A stretch of DNA of 63,813 bases, filler included, from Welwitschia mirabilis (Eukaryota), in the NCBI GenBank assembly GCA_051453625.1. It is 6 parts of one record of this genome, joined end to end, with 100 filler letters (N's around TTAATTAATTAA, not from the genome) between each part and the next. Parts side by side here need not be neighbours in the genome. Positions count along the whole stretch, not along the records: positions 26,220 to 50,219 come from JBOZIK010000001.1; 5 more parts are not named here. The stretch is one strand, 5' to 3'. Below the pieces are notes generated by a model. The model made no database searches, had not been told where the DNA came from, and saw only the letters and a program-made list of their open reading frames with translations. Made by a program: the position numbers and the translations under genes. Shown here one piece after another: positions 26,220 to 39,629 of the stretch (the stretch's first letter is position 1; the number at the start of each line of letters is the position of its first letter).

Positions 26220-29200
26220 CTTGTAATGGGGTCATGTACCCCACTTGGGCTACTAAGATTTCTTCTCTAACTTCTAGATCTATAGTTCTAGAACTTCCAA
26301 TGTAAAACTATAAATACCCTCCTTATCTTCACTTTCAATCTATCTTTTATACCTAATATACTTGTGACAAAAGATTGAAGGATAAAAGGTCTATCCCCTA
26401 ACTATAAAAAGGAGTTTCCTTGGTACTAGGCTGAGTCTCTTCCATTGAGATGATGCTATTTTGTTGTATGTGTATGTAAAAGCTCTATGAATTAATACAA
26501 TTTCTCTTTTTATTCTAATTTTGTATATGTCCCTTATGATTTAAGTTCGTTATAGTTAAGTGGCAGTTCTGTGATTTATTTAGATCATAAGGGTAACTTT
26601 TATTAAGGTTGACTTTGATTAATATTAGATTGCATTGTTATTTCATTTCCATTTCACATTTCATTTATAATTATACTTGGTATATCTCATAGTTCATGTT
26701 GGTTAGGAATAAGTTAAGTACTCTTCTTAATTAATTTAAATTATAGAAAGCTAGTTCTTGTAATAAAAAAATCAGGAACCAATAGAATTCATTCCATTTC
26801 CATTTGCATTTCATATCCATTTGCATTACATTTCATTTACTTTACTTCTTTTTAGTTATTAAAAGATAAAAGACTAAAAGAAACCATTGAAAATTAATTC
26901 TCTAACTTTGAGCCTAGTGNNNNNNNNNNGCATGTGTTTTTCTATAAGTTTTTTGATTTATAAGTTTATCTAAATGACTTTAGGATTACATAAATTCACA
27001 CTCCAACATTTTAGTACCACTACTAGGGAATGTCTCAAAGAGCTTGAGAATTATCACTTATCAGATAAGTACCTTGAATCTTTTGTTTAGGTTATTTATT
27101 TGAATTAGTGCTATATTTCTAACTTAGCTTAAAATAGATTTATTTTCACAAATTTTTTTTTTTATTATTCTTAGATACCATGTTTTACTCTCTGTTGTTC
27201 TAATGACATTGGGCATGATAGTTCTAAATTTTGAAATTTAATTCTATTTTTGAATTAATTTAATAACTTTTTAATTAATGATGAAGATGATGTTTTTTAC
27301 TTATCTTGATAAGATTTTCAATAAATCTAATAACCTAGAGAATGAATGTAATATTCAATAAGAGAAGAAAGATTTAGTTACCAACAATGATAAGGAAAGT
27401 GAAGAAACAATTCAACCAACTAATGATCAAGACAATAGTAAAGAAACTGATCACAATGAAGGACCCATAGAGATTCATTCAAATTTCATAGAGGATAGTC
27501 TTGTTCATTATATATATACATCTACATCCTTTTCATCTATGCCTTTATGTATAATTTAAAATCACACCATTCCTTCCATTTCTACTTCCACTTTTATATT
27601 ACCTTATGACCTTGATAATGATAACCTTTCTTCATCTCTTTTAATTACACCTTCATATAATTCTCAAGGTGATGTTTATTTTCTTGGCTTTCATAACACC
27701 CATGATTTCAAAGAGTTTATTTCTCCTATCTCTAAATCTCTTCCTTTTAAAAATCCATGTAATACTATAAGTTCCATCCTTTCCTTTTCTATCAAGTTTA
27801 CTTTACCTTATGCTTTTGATGATTATCCTTCTTAAAATTTTAACTTGGACTATCTTAGAATTTTTAATTGGGATAAGCCGTATCTTTTTTATGATAATCC
27901 ATGTTAGAGTTCAATCTTAAGGAGCTTTTTAATCTTATTCAACATTCTCAAAATACCTTAAAAATGTCTTAGATTCATTCTTTGAGTAGTACCTTGAACA
28001 AATTAAATAATGATACTTATTCTTTATGCTATTTTTATAAGAGATTATTTGTCAATGAAATTTATCTTTTTTATCTCTTATTTGGATTTTGAAAATTATG
28101 CTATCAAAGTTTTATCATTTTACTCTCTTTAGCTTCAATTTATTTCACTCCAAAATGATTGCATATATTTTATGTTTTATCATTTGATTTTTATTTGGTT
28201 TAATTCTTATTTTTTCAAAAAATACAATACATGAGTGTATTTTTTACATAACTAGTTAAACTTATCAATGATTAGATCCTTATCTTTCAAAAAACTGTAC
28301 ATCTTAAAATGGCTCAATTAAAACCTCCAATTTGAATAATTGGGAAATTTAAAAGTTAATGGATAAAAGGTTAAAAATCATTAATATATCTATTAACTAA
28401 ATCTTGAACATAATAGAAGCACTTATCTTGGAATTTTCCCTTGCCATTATCTAAATTATTCTTTAGCCAATTCTTTTGTAAATGTCATGCTCTTACTTGA
28501 ACATATTTAACTTAACTAATATTTTACTTTATAAAGCTATCATGATTAGTAAATATTTTACTTGGGCATTTTAAATGATAAGATTAGCTTCATCCAATCT
28601 TCAGACATCCGTATGTCTATGAACTTCATCTTGAAGGAAAATGCCTTGGTTCTTTTGTTCTCTTTCAATGATGTGAGTAATTAGTTATTTTTGTATGTCC
28701 TTACTTTGCTACTAATCTTATTAGTTCACTTTTTTGCTTACAAGTACTTGGTCATGTGGAATGTTACTATGGGGGAAAAAAAAAGAAAAAAAAAGGTAAA
28801 AAAAGACCATGCTCTTTCATGTTATGTCTTAAAACATTGTCCTCATGATGTCCTACCACACGTTCACCATAGCAAATATTCTCAAGAGNNNNNNNNNNNN
28901 NNNNNNNNNNNNNNNNNNNNNNNNNNNNNNNNNNNNNNNNNNNNNNNNNNNNNNNNNNNNNNNNNNNNNNNNNNNNNNNNNNNNNNNNNNNNNNNNNNNN
29001 NNNNNNNNNNNNNNNNNNNNNNNNNNNNNNNNNNNNNNNNNNNNNNNNNNNNNNNNNNNNNNNNNNNNNNNNNNNNNNNNNNNNNNNNNNNNNNNNNNNN
29101 NNNNNNNNNNNNNNNNNNNNNNNNNNNNNNNNNNNNNNNNNNNNNNNNNNNNNNNNNNNNNNNNNNNNNNNNNNNNNNNNNNNNNNNNNNNNNNNNNNNN

Positions 29201-32200
29201 NNNNNNNNNNNNNNNNNNNNNNNNNNNNNNNNNNNNNNNNNNNNNNNNNNNNNNNNNNNNNNNNNNNNNNNNNNNNNNNNNNNNNNNNNNNNNNNNNNNN
29301 NNNNNNNNNNNNNNNNNNNNNNNNNNNNNNNNNNNNNNNNNNNNNNNNNNNNNGAAAAAAAAGAAAAAAAAGGTAAAAAAAGACCATGCTCTTTCATGTT
29401 ATGTCTTAAAACATTGTCCTCATGATGTCCTACCACAAGTTCACCATAGCAAATATTCTCAAGAGGAGCCTTTAGTAGTGTAATATGGTAGTTGAGGGAA
29501 CTCCACTTGGGGGTCAGTTGGCCATGTTGTGTGGGTTCTTACTCCTCTAATAATGATTTCACTTCCTTTATCATGGTAAAATAAAATTATACTTAATGGC
29601 TATTATTATCAGAGGCATTTCTTATTTTGTGGACTAATTTTATTTATAGTGCTTTCACATGATCACTTTAATTTTTTGGATTCTAGTATTGTTTTGAGAT
29701 GATAGCTTATGAGTTCTTATTTTAATAGCTTTTTATCTTATCATTTATTGTTTAATAACATTATACATACTTGACATCATCATAATCATTGCCTATTTGA
29801 GTGGCACTTTATTAATTTTTCATGCATCATTATTTAGTGATTTTATGATTTCTTCAAAGGGACTTTACTAGGGTGGAATTTTGGATAGTTCAGCACTCTT
29901 CTCCATGCTCCTAATTATCCATTTTCATTATATTTTTTCTTAGTTATATTATTTGGAATTTTCAAAGTCATTGCCATATGTTTTTTGACATAATAATTAG
30001 GACCTAATTATTTGATAGTTTTCTAGTTGTCTTTTTATTTTCACTTATAAATTTTTCTTTATAAGGGTTTTTTTTCTTTCAAGAACTTTAAATTGATACA
30101 TTCGTTTAACTTTTATTGATGTGTTACTTTTGTTTTATGCTAATGTTTTTGTGTTTTGTTTTTAGTTTTGCATACATCCACATATGACATCTTGAATACT
30201 CATGAAGTTTGGGATACATTTAAGGAATATGTTTAAGCATTACTTCCTTTTACTTCATGCATTATTATGCTCTCAGAAGTCTCTTTTCATGATCATGTTT
30301 TTTAAGAGAAATTCTTTAATTTTTACCTTTCTTCTATTTTTTCTATTGCTTTTTAATTGCTTGCTTACTTTTAAACTTTTTCAAATTTTTCTAATCTATC
30401 CAAACATCTCATTTGATCTCAATTATTCCATGTCGATTGTTCCCATAATAGATAGAACAACAATAGATAGAACAACAATCCTTATTTTTACTTTAAATAA
30501 TCTGGGACATCTTGCTTTATCTGTGAGAGGGCAAGACATCTCTCTGAGCTTTCTTCTGAGATATTAAGTAAAAATTTATAATTTTTAAATTTAAAAGAAT
30601 TATTTTGAGATTTTATGATAGATATTTCTGATGAGTTATTAGGATATGATTTCATGCAACTTGAATAAATTTCATGGACTTGATCTAGCAGCAGCATACT
30701 GACCCACTCATAGAGTTTTCTTGTAGTAATATTTTAGATCATCTAAAGGAAAATGCTATATTTGGTCTTAAACTTTGCCTCTTATATAAAACATTAATGG
30801 ACTTTTCATGCATTATTCTTTGAGATTATTACTACTTAAGTTTTACACATTAGTTTCAGTATTACTTTCTTAATTTATGCACACACATTATCATTTTCTA
30901 AACTATCACTATTACATTCTATGATTTTTTTTATGTGTATGACATTTATTCATTCTATTATGATGTGTTTAAATAGGAGGCTTATGAATACATTAGTAAT
31001 TGTGTTAGTTAATAGATTTTTATTATCTATTTCTGCATGATAAAATTTAACTCAAATTTCATTTTTCTAACGTTTATTATCTTAGTCAAATTGGCTCGTA
31101 ATATAGTTGATTGCTCACTTTGTCAAGAATTGACAAGGCTAAGTAGGGGACTATCTTGCAATGCTAATTTATAGGAATTTGATGGTGTATTTGGAGTGCT
31201 TTTGTAGAACATTTATATAGGTTTAAATGTAATTCTAATGGTTATGGAGATTTGATGGGATGACTATGGAAATACATAATTCTTAGCATAATTAGAGGAA
31301 TTTTAGGCATGTTATAATACTTAGTATGATAGAGGAAGATTGATGATGAAAAAGGCTAATTTTCTTTACTTGAGAAGATGTGGAATGGTGTTGTCCCCCT
31401 TGTTATCTCCATGACATAGGGGATGACAGCACTGTATTGACCTATTATAATAAGAATTTGGACTAGATCTTGAAGTCAATATAGCACCTTTTCTAAGGAG
31501 GTGTCATCTTCATTTTTATCGCCATGACATAAGGAGGATAACACATTTGCAAGCCAACTGAAGGATTAATTGTAAAGCCAAAATATCATTAATTATCTAT
31601 TATTAAGGGGCATCATCTCCATTTTCATCCTCATGACAATCATGATGGCAACTATCTTATATAAGCAAGACTGAATTATCTTGTGATGAGATCATATACC
31701 CCACTTGGACTACTAGGATTTCTTCTTTGACTTCTAAGGCTATAGTTGTAGAACTTCTAATGTAAAACTATTAATACCATCCTTATCCTGACTTCTAATC
31801 TATCTTACATACTTGATATACTTGTGATGAAAGGTTAAAGAATAAGAGGTCCATCCCCAAGCTATAGAAAAGGAGCTTCCTTCATATTAGGTTGAGTCTC
31901 TTTTATTGAGGTGCTATTATTTTATTGTAAGTGAATGTAAAAGTTCTTTAAATTAGTACAATTTCTCTTTTCATTTCAATTCTATATATGTCCTTTATGG
32001 TTTAAGTTGGTTATAGTTAAGTAATAGTTCTATGATTTATTTAGATCATAAAAGAAACCTTTGTTAAGGTTGGCTTTGGTTAGTATTAGATTATATTTTT
32101 ATTCCATTTCTAGTTCATATCGCATTCCTTATTCTACTTGGTATATTCCATAGATCATATTGGTTAGGAACAAGTTAAGTACTCTTCTTAATTGATTTGA

Positions 32201-32503
32201 ATTAGAAAGAGATAGTTCTTATGATAGAACAATTAGGAACTAATAGAATTCATTTCATGTCCATTTTTATTTAATATCCATTTGCATTGCATTGCATTTA
32301 CTTTACTTCCTTTTAGTTATTAAAAGATAAAAGACTAAAAGGAACCATTGGAAATCAATTCTCTAAATTTGAGCCTAATGCCTTCATTGAGACTACAACA
32401 TTTGGATGGACTCCTGTCTATATTATCGTGTTTTTTTTGTACATTAATTGATTTAAATGTTTATCTAAAAGAATTGAAGATTACATAAATTTATAATGCA
32501 ACA
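26220..32503 (+). mobile_element. Pol-less Athila derivative (subfamily C); 5' LTR truncated by gap
   Basis: 5' LTR 26220-27008 is colinear with 31680-32503. PBS-like tagtaccactactaggga at ~27012-27029. PPT AAGTAGGGGACTA at 31141-31153. 3' LTR at 31154-32503. No gag/pol motifs seen internally. Confidence 0.8.
31154..32503 (+). repeat. 3' LTR, subfamily C (~1.35 kb)
   Basis: TCTTGCAATGC...AATGCAACA, following the PPT. Three copies of the GTCRTC...RYGAC hairpin motif at 31390-31655. Confidence 0.85.
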
Positions 32504-34093
32504 CTGAGGATACCCATTACTTCTAGGATGGGCCTTTTTGTGTAATAGCCCACTGCATCATTAATACAGGAATTGAAATGATGAAGTGTTACTTTGAAAA
32601 TAAAATGTTTACAATTAGATTCTTTGATATAGCTAAAAAAGACCTAGGTAATGATGAAATGGAGATTAAAAGTAATATCAAAATAACTTTGTTTTTGTAA
32701 CATCATTTCCTTAAAGAAAGAGAGATAAACTTACATGAACCTATACTCTATGATAACCCACTTAAGATTAAGAATGAAGAAGTCATTGATACATCCAACC
32801 TTGAGAATGAAAAAGAAATGAAACCTTTACATTACAAGAAAGTTCAATTATTGAATGAAAACTCATACATTAAAGGTAATTATCCACTCTATGAGCTAGA
32901 AGTTGAAAATCATAATTTTTATTTGAATATAAAAAATATTTCTAATGGACTACGACATACTTTTTTTTTTGTAATGATTCAAATAAAACTCTTATAATAA
33001 ATGAAAATATTTTATCAAATTTAACATTAATATCCCCTTTTACTTTCAAAATTTATGCTTTCATTTAGTCTCATAGAGTTTTACCTACTACCCTTCTCTT
33101 CCTTCAGTTGATTTTACTTGAAAATATTTATCTTTGAATCTTATTTCTCTGAAAACGTGCAACATCTTATGATCATCTAAATAGATCCTTTCTTTTCTTT
33201 TCAATAAAATGTTTGATTAGAATTTAGTATTTGAATAAAATTTGTTGCTTTGGTGCTTTCTTTTTTATTGTTTTAATTTTGATTCTCATTTTATTTTTAG
33301 CTTTCTATTTTAGTTTTCTATGTGTATCATCTCTTTTGTCATCCCAATAATAGTTAGGATGACAATCTCTATTTTTCAATTTTTGCCTTCCATTTTCTGT
33401 AATATTTCTATTTTCTATTTTTTATCTATTTTTATCATCCTTTTTTTTATCTTAATAATGAGAAGAATGATTGTTAGCTATTTTAAATTTTGGTTTTCTG
33501 TAATTTTGAGAAAATACATTCTAATGGCTCTATTAAGATTTCTAACTTGATCACTTAATAATTTCAGAAAGTTAACAAACAAATGCTGAAAATATATAAG
33601 TAATCTTTGAATTTTATTTTAGCTTGTTTATTTAGAGGTCATTATGACATTACTTGATCATCTTTCAAACATGATTTATGTATTTATTTTTATTACTAGT
33701 CTTTAACTTGGGTATTTTATAGTTGTAATTTTGGATTCCCCAATCTTAATACATTCACATGTCTATGAATCTCAATTTGGGGAAGATGATTTATTTTTTA
33801 TATTTTTCTTAATGATTAAAAGATCTTAGATTGTTTAAGAGTGTTCTTTTTTATTTCATATTATNNNNNNNNNNNNNNNNNNNNNNNNNNNNNNNNNNNN
33901 NNNNNNNNNNNNNNNNNNNNNNNNNNNNNNNNNNNNNNNNNNNNNNNNNNNNNNNNNNNNNNNNTTATTTTTTATATTTTTCTTAATGATGAAAAGATCT
34001 TAGATTGTTTAAGAGTGTTCTTTTTTATTTCATATTATGACTTTACCTTTATCTATTAGAGTATTTAGTTATATGGAATATTTTATTTTACAC

Positions 34094-34131
<38 letters not shown>

Positions 34132-34575
34132 AAATAAGATCGTTTTTAATACATTTCAAAAAACATAGTCACAATAATGTCCTACTCCACGTACACTAAG
34201 GCAAATATTTCCAAGAGGAGCTTTGGGTAGTGTAATATGGTAGCTATGGGAAATCCATTGGAAGATCAGTTAGACATACTTCACAAGTTCTCACTTCTCT
34301 AATGGTGGTTGCATTACCTTCATCATGAATAATAAAGTTGTAATAAACTTTGAGGCTATAGGATCAGTGGTGTTTTTGGTATCATTAGAAGCATTGCTTA
34401 TTTTCTAGACTATCAGTCTTTCCACATGGTCATTTTATTTCTTGTAATTTAGATGTTTATTTTAAGATGTTAATAGGTGAGTTCATTTTTGAGCAATTAT
34501 GTGGTCTGATCATTCATTATTTAAAGCATTTCATTTTTAGGATTATCATAATCACTACATTATCAAATGAAATTT
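32504..34575 (+). mobile_element. Fragment of the gag+protease-only Athila family (host of the subfamily C insertion)
   Basis: Begins at GYPLLLG of the protease. Colinear with the reverse complements of ~40300-42240 and ~48100-49980. Confidence 0.8.
34098..34129 (+). repeat. (AG)16 microsatellite
   Basis: Perfect AG dinucleotide run. Confidence 0.97.
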
Positions 34576-35300
34576 TTATATATTAAGTCATGTGTTTTCT
34601 TAGATCTCATATTTTTTACATTTTAGTTTTCTTAGGATTATCATTAGTAATTAATAAACATATTTTATTAATTAATGTTTTATAAAACTTCTTTTATCCA
34701 TAGGAATTAAATATAGAATAGCTTATGCTTGTCATCCATAAATCAATGGCCAAGCTGAAAATGCAAATAGAGAAATAAATAAAATGCTATAAAAACTTGT
34801 CTTTATTAATAATAAACCTTATGGCTTTAAAATTAATGATGTTATTTGAACTTACCATACTACTTGACATAATTATTTTGGTTTTTTCACATTATAAACT
34901 TATATACAAAAAAGTTTATATTTTACCTATTGATGTTTGTTATAATTCTTATCGTTCTTCTGATTAATGTAATCTTGTAGACTTTCATAAGAATCTTAAA
35001 AATATATAATCCCAACTTTATCACCTAGATGAAAAATTTACACATGCTATACATCATTAACTCATTCACTAGGTAAGTTCAAACATGATAGAAAGTTACT
35101 TTATAAAATATTTGAACCTAGTTAACTTGTTCTTTAATATAACACTAAAGTACATATTTTACATAAAGAGTTAACCTATAAATGGTTAGGTTCTTATCTT
35201 ATAGAGAAAGTACATTCTAATATCTCTATTAAAATTTTTTGACTTAGATACTAAAGAGATTTAGCAGGTTAATAAACAAAGTTGAAAATATATGAAAAAC
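34575..35300 (+). pseudogene. pol: Athila integrase core/C-terminus remnant
   Basis: IGIKYRIAYACHP*INGQAENANREINKML*K matches the YHPQTSGQVEVSNREIK type. YKWLGSYLIEKV matches the W.GPF type. Many stops. Confidence 0.85.
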
Positions 35301-37439
35301 CTTTTGATATAACCTTGAACATAATAGAAAAAATTCTTTTGGAGGTTTTCCTCCATGGGGAGAACTTCCACCCTATTATTATTTAAATTCTTATTTATCT
35401 TATTCCTTTAGTGGATGTCATGATGTTGCTTGATAATCTTTAAAATTTAACTTATGTGTTTGCTTTATGAAATTTCCATGACTAGTATTTGTATTTCAGC
35501 ATTTTTATAATGATATATTGGATTCATCCAATTTAAGACATTCACATGTCTATGGACTTTACTTTGAAGGAATATGCCTTAGTTCTTGTGTTTTTTTGAA
35601 TGGTATGAGGTCTTTAGTTATTTAGGTGTATTCTTTTCTATCTTCTATCTCACTTCTTCACCTTTGTCCTTTTGAGTGTGTGATAATGTGGGAATTATTT
35701 ATTGAGCATTATATATATATAATAACCATGATCTATTGTATCTATGCTAAAATACATGGTCACCATAATTTTTCACTACACTAGGGTAGATGTTTTTAAA
35801 GGGAACCTTTGGTAGTGTTAATAGCTACGAGAACTCCACTTGAGGATTAGTTAGTTGTGCTTCATGGATCCTTACTTCTCTAAGTAAGGTTGCATTTCCC
35901 TCATCATAAAAAGTAATAATAGAACTTTAAGGCTATGGGATTAGTAGTTTTTATAATATTATTAGAGGCATTTCTTGTTTACTAGATTCTTAGTATCCCC
36001 TCATGATCATTTCACTTTTGAGGATTCTAGTGTATTTTGGGGTGTGAGTAGGTAAGTTCATTTCTAAGAAACTCTTGATCTTATTATTTATTATTCTAAG
36101 TACTTTATCTTTGAAATCATCATAATCATTTCCTTTTCAAGTAAAACATTATGAAGTCAATACATTTTGTCATCCATTTTTACTCAAGTGGCCTTATGAT
36201 GTCTTTGAAGGGTGCTTGTTAGGTCTTTATTATACTTTTCTTTGATTCTTTAATTTGTTATTTTAAAGTCATTTTTATACTTTTCATCATCATCTAGGAC
36301 ATTATCATTTATTAGTGTCCTTATTATTATTCATGTTATTTTTATAACTCACACGTTGATTTTTCTTTTAGCATTTTAATTAGATGATCTTCTCTTATTT
36401 TATGAGATTTCTTACCATCTTTTAAAGTTTTACATATTATTTATTAATTTAAGAACTTTTTTTTTTTTTTTGGTTGATATCTCCTATCCTACTTAATGCA
36501 TTCTCATAGTTTTATCTTTTGATTTCTATGAGTTTTTTTTTATCATCCTCATTCATTATGATTTTCATTATGACTTTTTACTATTCATAATTTCTTAAAC
36601 ATTCTAATACATTCTGATAACTTCATGTTGATATCTGAGCCTAACTTATTTGGCTGACATCTCAACTTTTCTAAAAATTTTCAAAGTCATGTCATCCACA
36701 TAGTCTTCTAGATGACACTGAAGGATAAAATTGAGTGGTTGTTCTTTGGATAATGCAACTAGATGACAGTGTGATAAAACCATAGCTTAACTTCTTTTCC
36801 TTCAATTTTCTTTTATTCTTTGTTATTTTTCCCTATTTTCTTGAGAGATGATAGTACCAATCATCCCTACCATTATTCTAGAACTTGTCCTAATCAAATT
36901 CGTATCCCAGATTACTAGATTTTAATAGATCTTGTAAAATGAGGTATGTTTTTCCATCCCTTATTATTTTTAATGTTTTCCCATTTTTAAGCCTTTGAAC
37001 ATGTAGTTTCCACATATACTATCTAGCTTTTCATGCTCTTCAATTTGGAACTTATAGATCTAATTTTCATCTTGTATTTTTTATGATATAACTAATTTTG
37101 TACTTCACAAGGTAAAATTAGGTTTTTAACTTTAAAACTTATTTTTTCATAAATTATAAGCCAAAACATAGTAGTACTTTAGGGAAAATTAATCAATATA
37201 ATTCACTCTACAATTTTAGTAAATTAGATTTTTCATTTGAGCATTTTCATTTTTCACCTTATGTAGGACCCATTTTACATTTTTCTTTCATGATTAGGAA
37301 TAAGTATTGACACTTTTTAAGGGAGGGAAGAACATATTTTTATAATTTTTACTAATTTATGTGGTTGTTTTGAGCTTCCACATGAATCATCTTAGAGATT
37401 TCAACTTAGCTTCATGTGATGCATTTAATATTTATAAGT

Positions 37440-37790
37440 AGGCCATGCACATGCAGAACTAGATATATCAAGTCATAGGCTAAGTTTGTTGAGAAGGAGA
37501 TAGGCCCATTGGCACCACTAAAGGTTAAGTGAGCAGAGCCAACCCACCCTCCACTTTATCATGCTAAATCCCTTACTATCTAAACCATGGTCATTCATGT
37601 TGAGAGATTCTTTAATGATTTTATGAGCCATATAGAGCTAACAATTAATCAAAGACTCATAGATCTATAACTTTGATAGATCCTAGATGCATAGGGGATA
37701 TATTATATATCAGATACAAGGGAGTTCTATGATGCAATTCATATAAAGCGATGTCCTCAGTTCATGTATAAACTATCAAGGTTCAGAGAC
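37440..37790 (+). pseudogene. 5' part of env-like/accessory ORF remnant
   Basis: Translates HVERFFNDFMSHIELTINQRLIDL...DTREFYDAIHIKR, homologous to 1580-1740. Confidence 0.6.
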
Positions 37791-38547
37791 TTAGTTTAAA
37801 ATTTTAATTAAAATAAATTTTATAGAGCCTTAAGCTAATTTAATTATTGCATGCATTTATTTTTTTCATTTTAGTGGTGTAATTTCATCATAAAATTTTT
37901 ATACCATAATTCCTCATGTTTTGTAGTAGTCATAATATTTCCCTTGTTGAAAATTATTAATGATTTAATTATAATTATTAGTGACTAAATTATTGTAACT
38001 ACTAAATTTGATCTATTTTAACTAAAAAATAGCTTTTATGTATTTTTTAGAAATTAATGTTATTGTAATGAGAATTATCATTTATTGTTAACATATAAAT
38101 GCACCTAGTGGTATGACAAGGGATTGAAAAAGGGTGGTTACTGAATCTTTACAAACTTTCATCATCTAAATAATTTTGCTTTATAATGGTATATTTTCAT
38201 ATTCTAATGACCCTTTGCATTTTACATTCTCATCTATAAATAAAACCCTCCTTCCCATTTTTTCTCACTTTTATTTTTGGAGAAGCTTTCGCTACCAAAT
38301 CTTAAAGCTTGAAAAAACCTTCAAACATTTGAGCCTTGGAATCTTTGAGAGTTCTTGAATCTCTATTGTATCTATTTTCTTGCAAATATTGTAATAAATC
38401 TAGATGTGTGTATTATTGATATCCAAATAGATGCATTCCTAGATATCAATCTTAGCTTCTACTATTTTCTAATTAATAAAATCTTCATAAATGTAAATCC
38501 AAATTTTCTTGTTGAGGATTTATATTTTGTTAATGTACCTTTCTCAT

Positions 38548-39629
38548 TGTTGTGGTGGGTATTTGTACAAGTGATTAAGTTCAAAAGGATTCTGTCATTC
38601 ATAAAATAAATAGATATCTCACACAATATATCACACTAGTATGCGTGGAAGTAAATTTAAAATGTCATATTCACATTGAAGACTATGAGAGGAGACTTGA
38701 ATTGCTTTACAAACAAAATAAAAGGAATCAGAAATAAATAATAAATGCAAAGAAATAAATTACAAACCAAAGTACAAGATGAAAATAATCTAGATGATAT
38801 GCAAAATGGAACTAACATTACTTATTCATAGCCTTAACAAAGGCAGTGCTTAATAATCTATATTATCCAAGAAATTGTCACTAGATGAAGAGAAACATAG
38901 ACTATAAGGGCCATCAGAAAATCTACAATGCAATGCAAACATCAAAATAAAATAAAGTTTATGTCAAGAATGATTAACAAGCATCTAGGTTACAAAATAG
39001 TTAGGCCTTATTAGAAGATACACAACTCTCCATCAATTACACATCTTCATGCAACATTCAAAATGGATCTTTCACCCTTCAATCTTCTATCACAAGAATT
39101 TATGGTGCAATGAAGATAAGAAGGAGAGTTGAAGAAGGACTTAATTATAACAACTTATAGAAAAAAAAAATAGAAGTCACGATAATATGTGTTCTTTTAC
39201 ATAAATGAAATGGACAAAATGGTGAAAAGTCATTGTCAAAGTTAGTACATGTTAGTATCATCCTAGTTGTTATCTAGATGATAAGGGGAATAACAACTCA
39301 TTATAGAAGATGACTTAACAATAATTTAGTAGTCCACCTTAACAACTAGTTGTCTTGTCATCCTATCTATCATGGGGATGATAGATGATAAAATGGTCTT
39401 CTTTAATTATATTTTTAAGAAGAAACTTAGTATTTTTATCAATAATCCTTCTTTAAAGCTTTGTGTATAAGAATGTGTGTTTAACACATCAAATGTAGGT
39501 AAGAAATGTGTATTTATGAGAGTTATATTATATCTCTAAAATCCTCAAAATTACACCTAAGCTTATGTAAAAGTCTTGCAAAACATCTCATAAAACCACA
39601 TCAAATAATAACAAATTAGCAGTGCAACA
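38548..39629 (-). repeat. 3' LTR
   Basis: Plus strand TGTTGTGG...GTGCAACA. Colinear with 45107-46193 and related to subfamily B LTRs. Confidence 0.88.

Larger units (their letters stand above)
34575..37790 (+). mobile_element. Internal fragment of an autonomous-type Athila element (integrase, 3' module, internal PPT, start of env-like ORF)
   Basis: Integrase at 34575-35300, conserved module at 35780-35990, PPT TTTAAGGGAGGGAAG at ~37316-37330, env-like remnant at 37440-37790. Confidence 0.75.

Noticed and set aside
30448..30479. 15-bp tandem duplication (IDRTT twice in ORF 30202-30567)
   Set aside because: It is a trivial slippage duplication in non-coding TE interior with no evidence of coding relevance.
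37781..37794. GTTCAGAGACTTAG resembles a group I intron R element
   Set aside because: No accompanying P, Q or S elements are visible. It sits at a TE junction and is likely chance.
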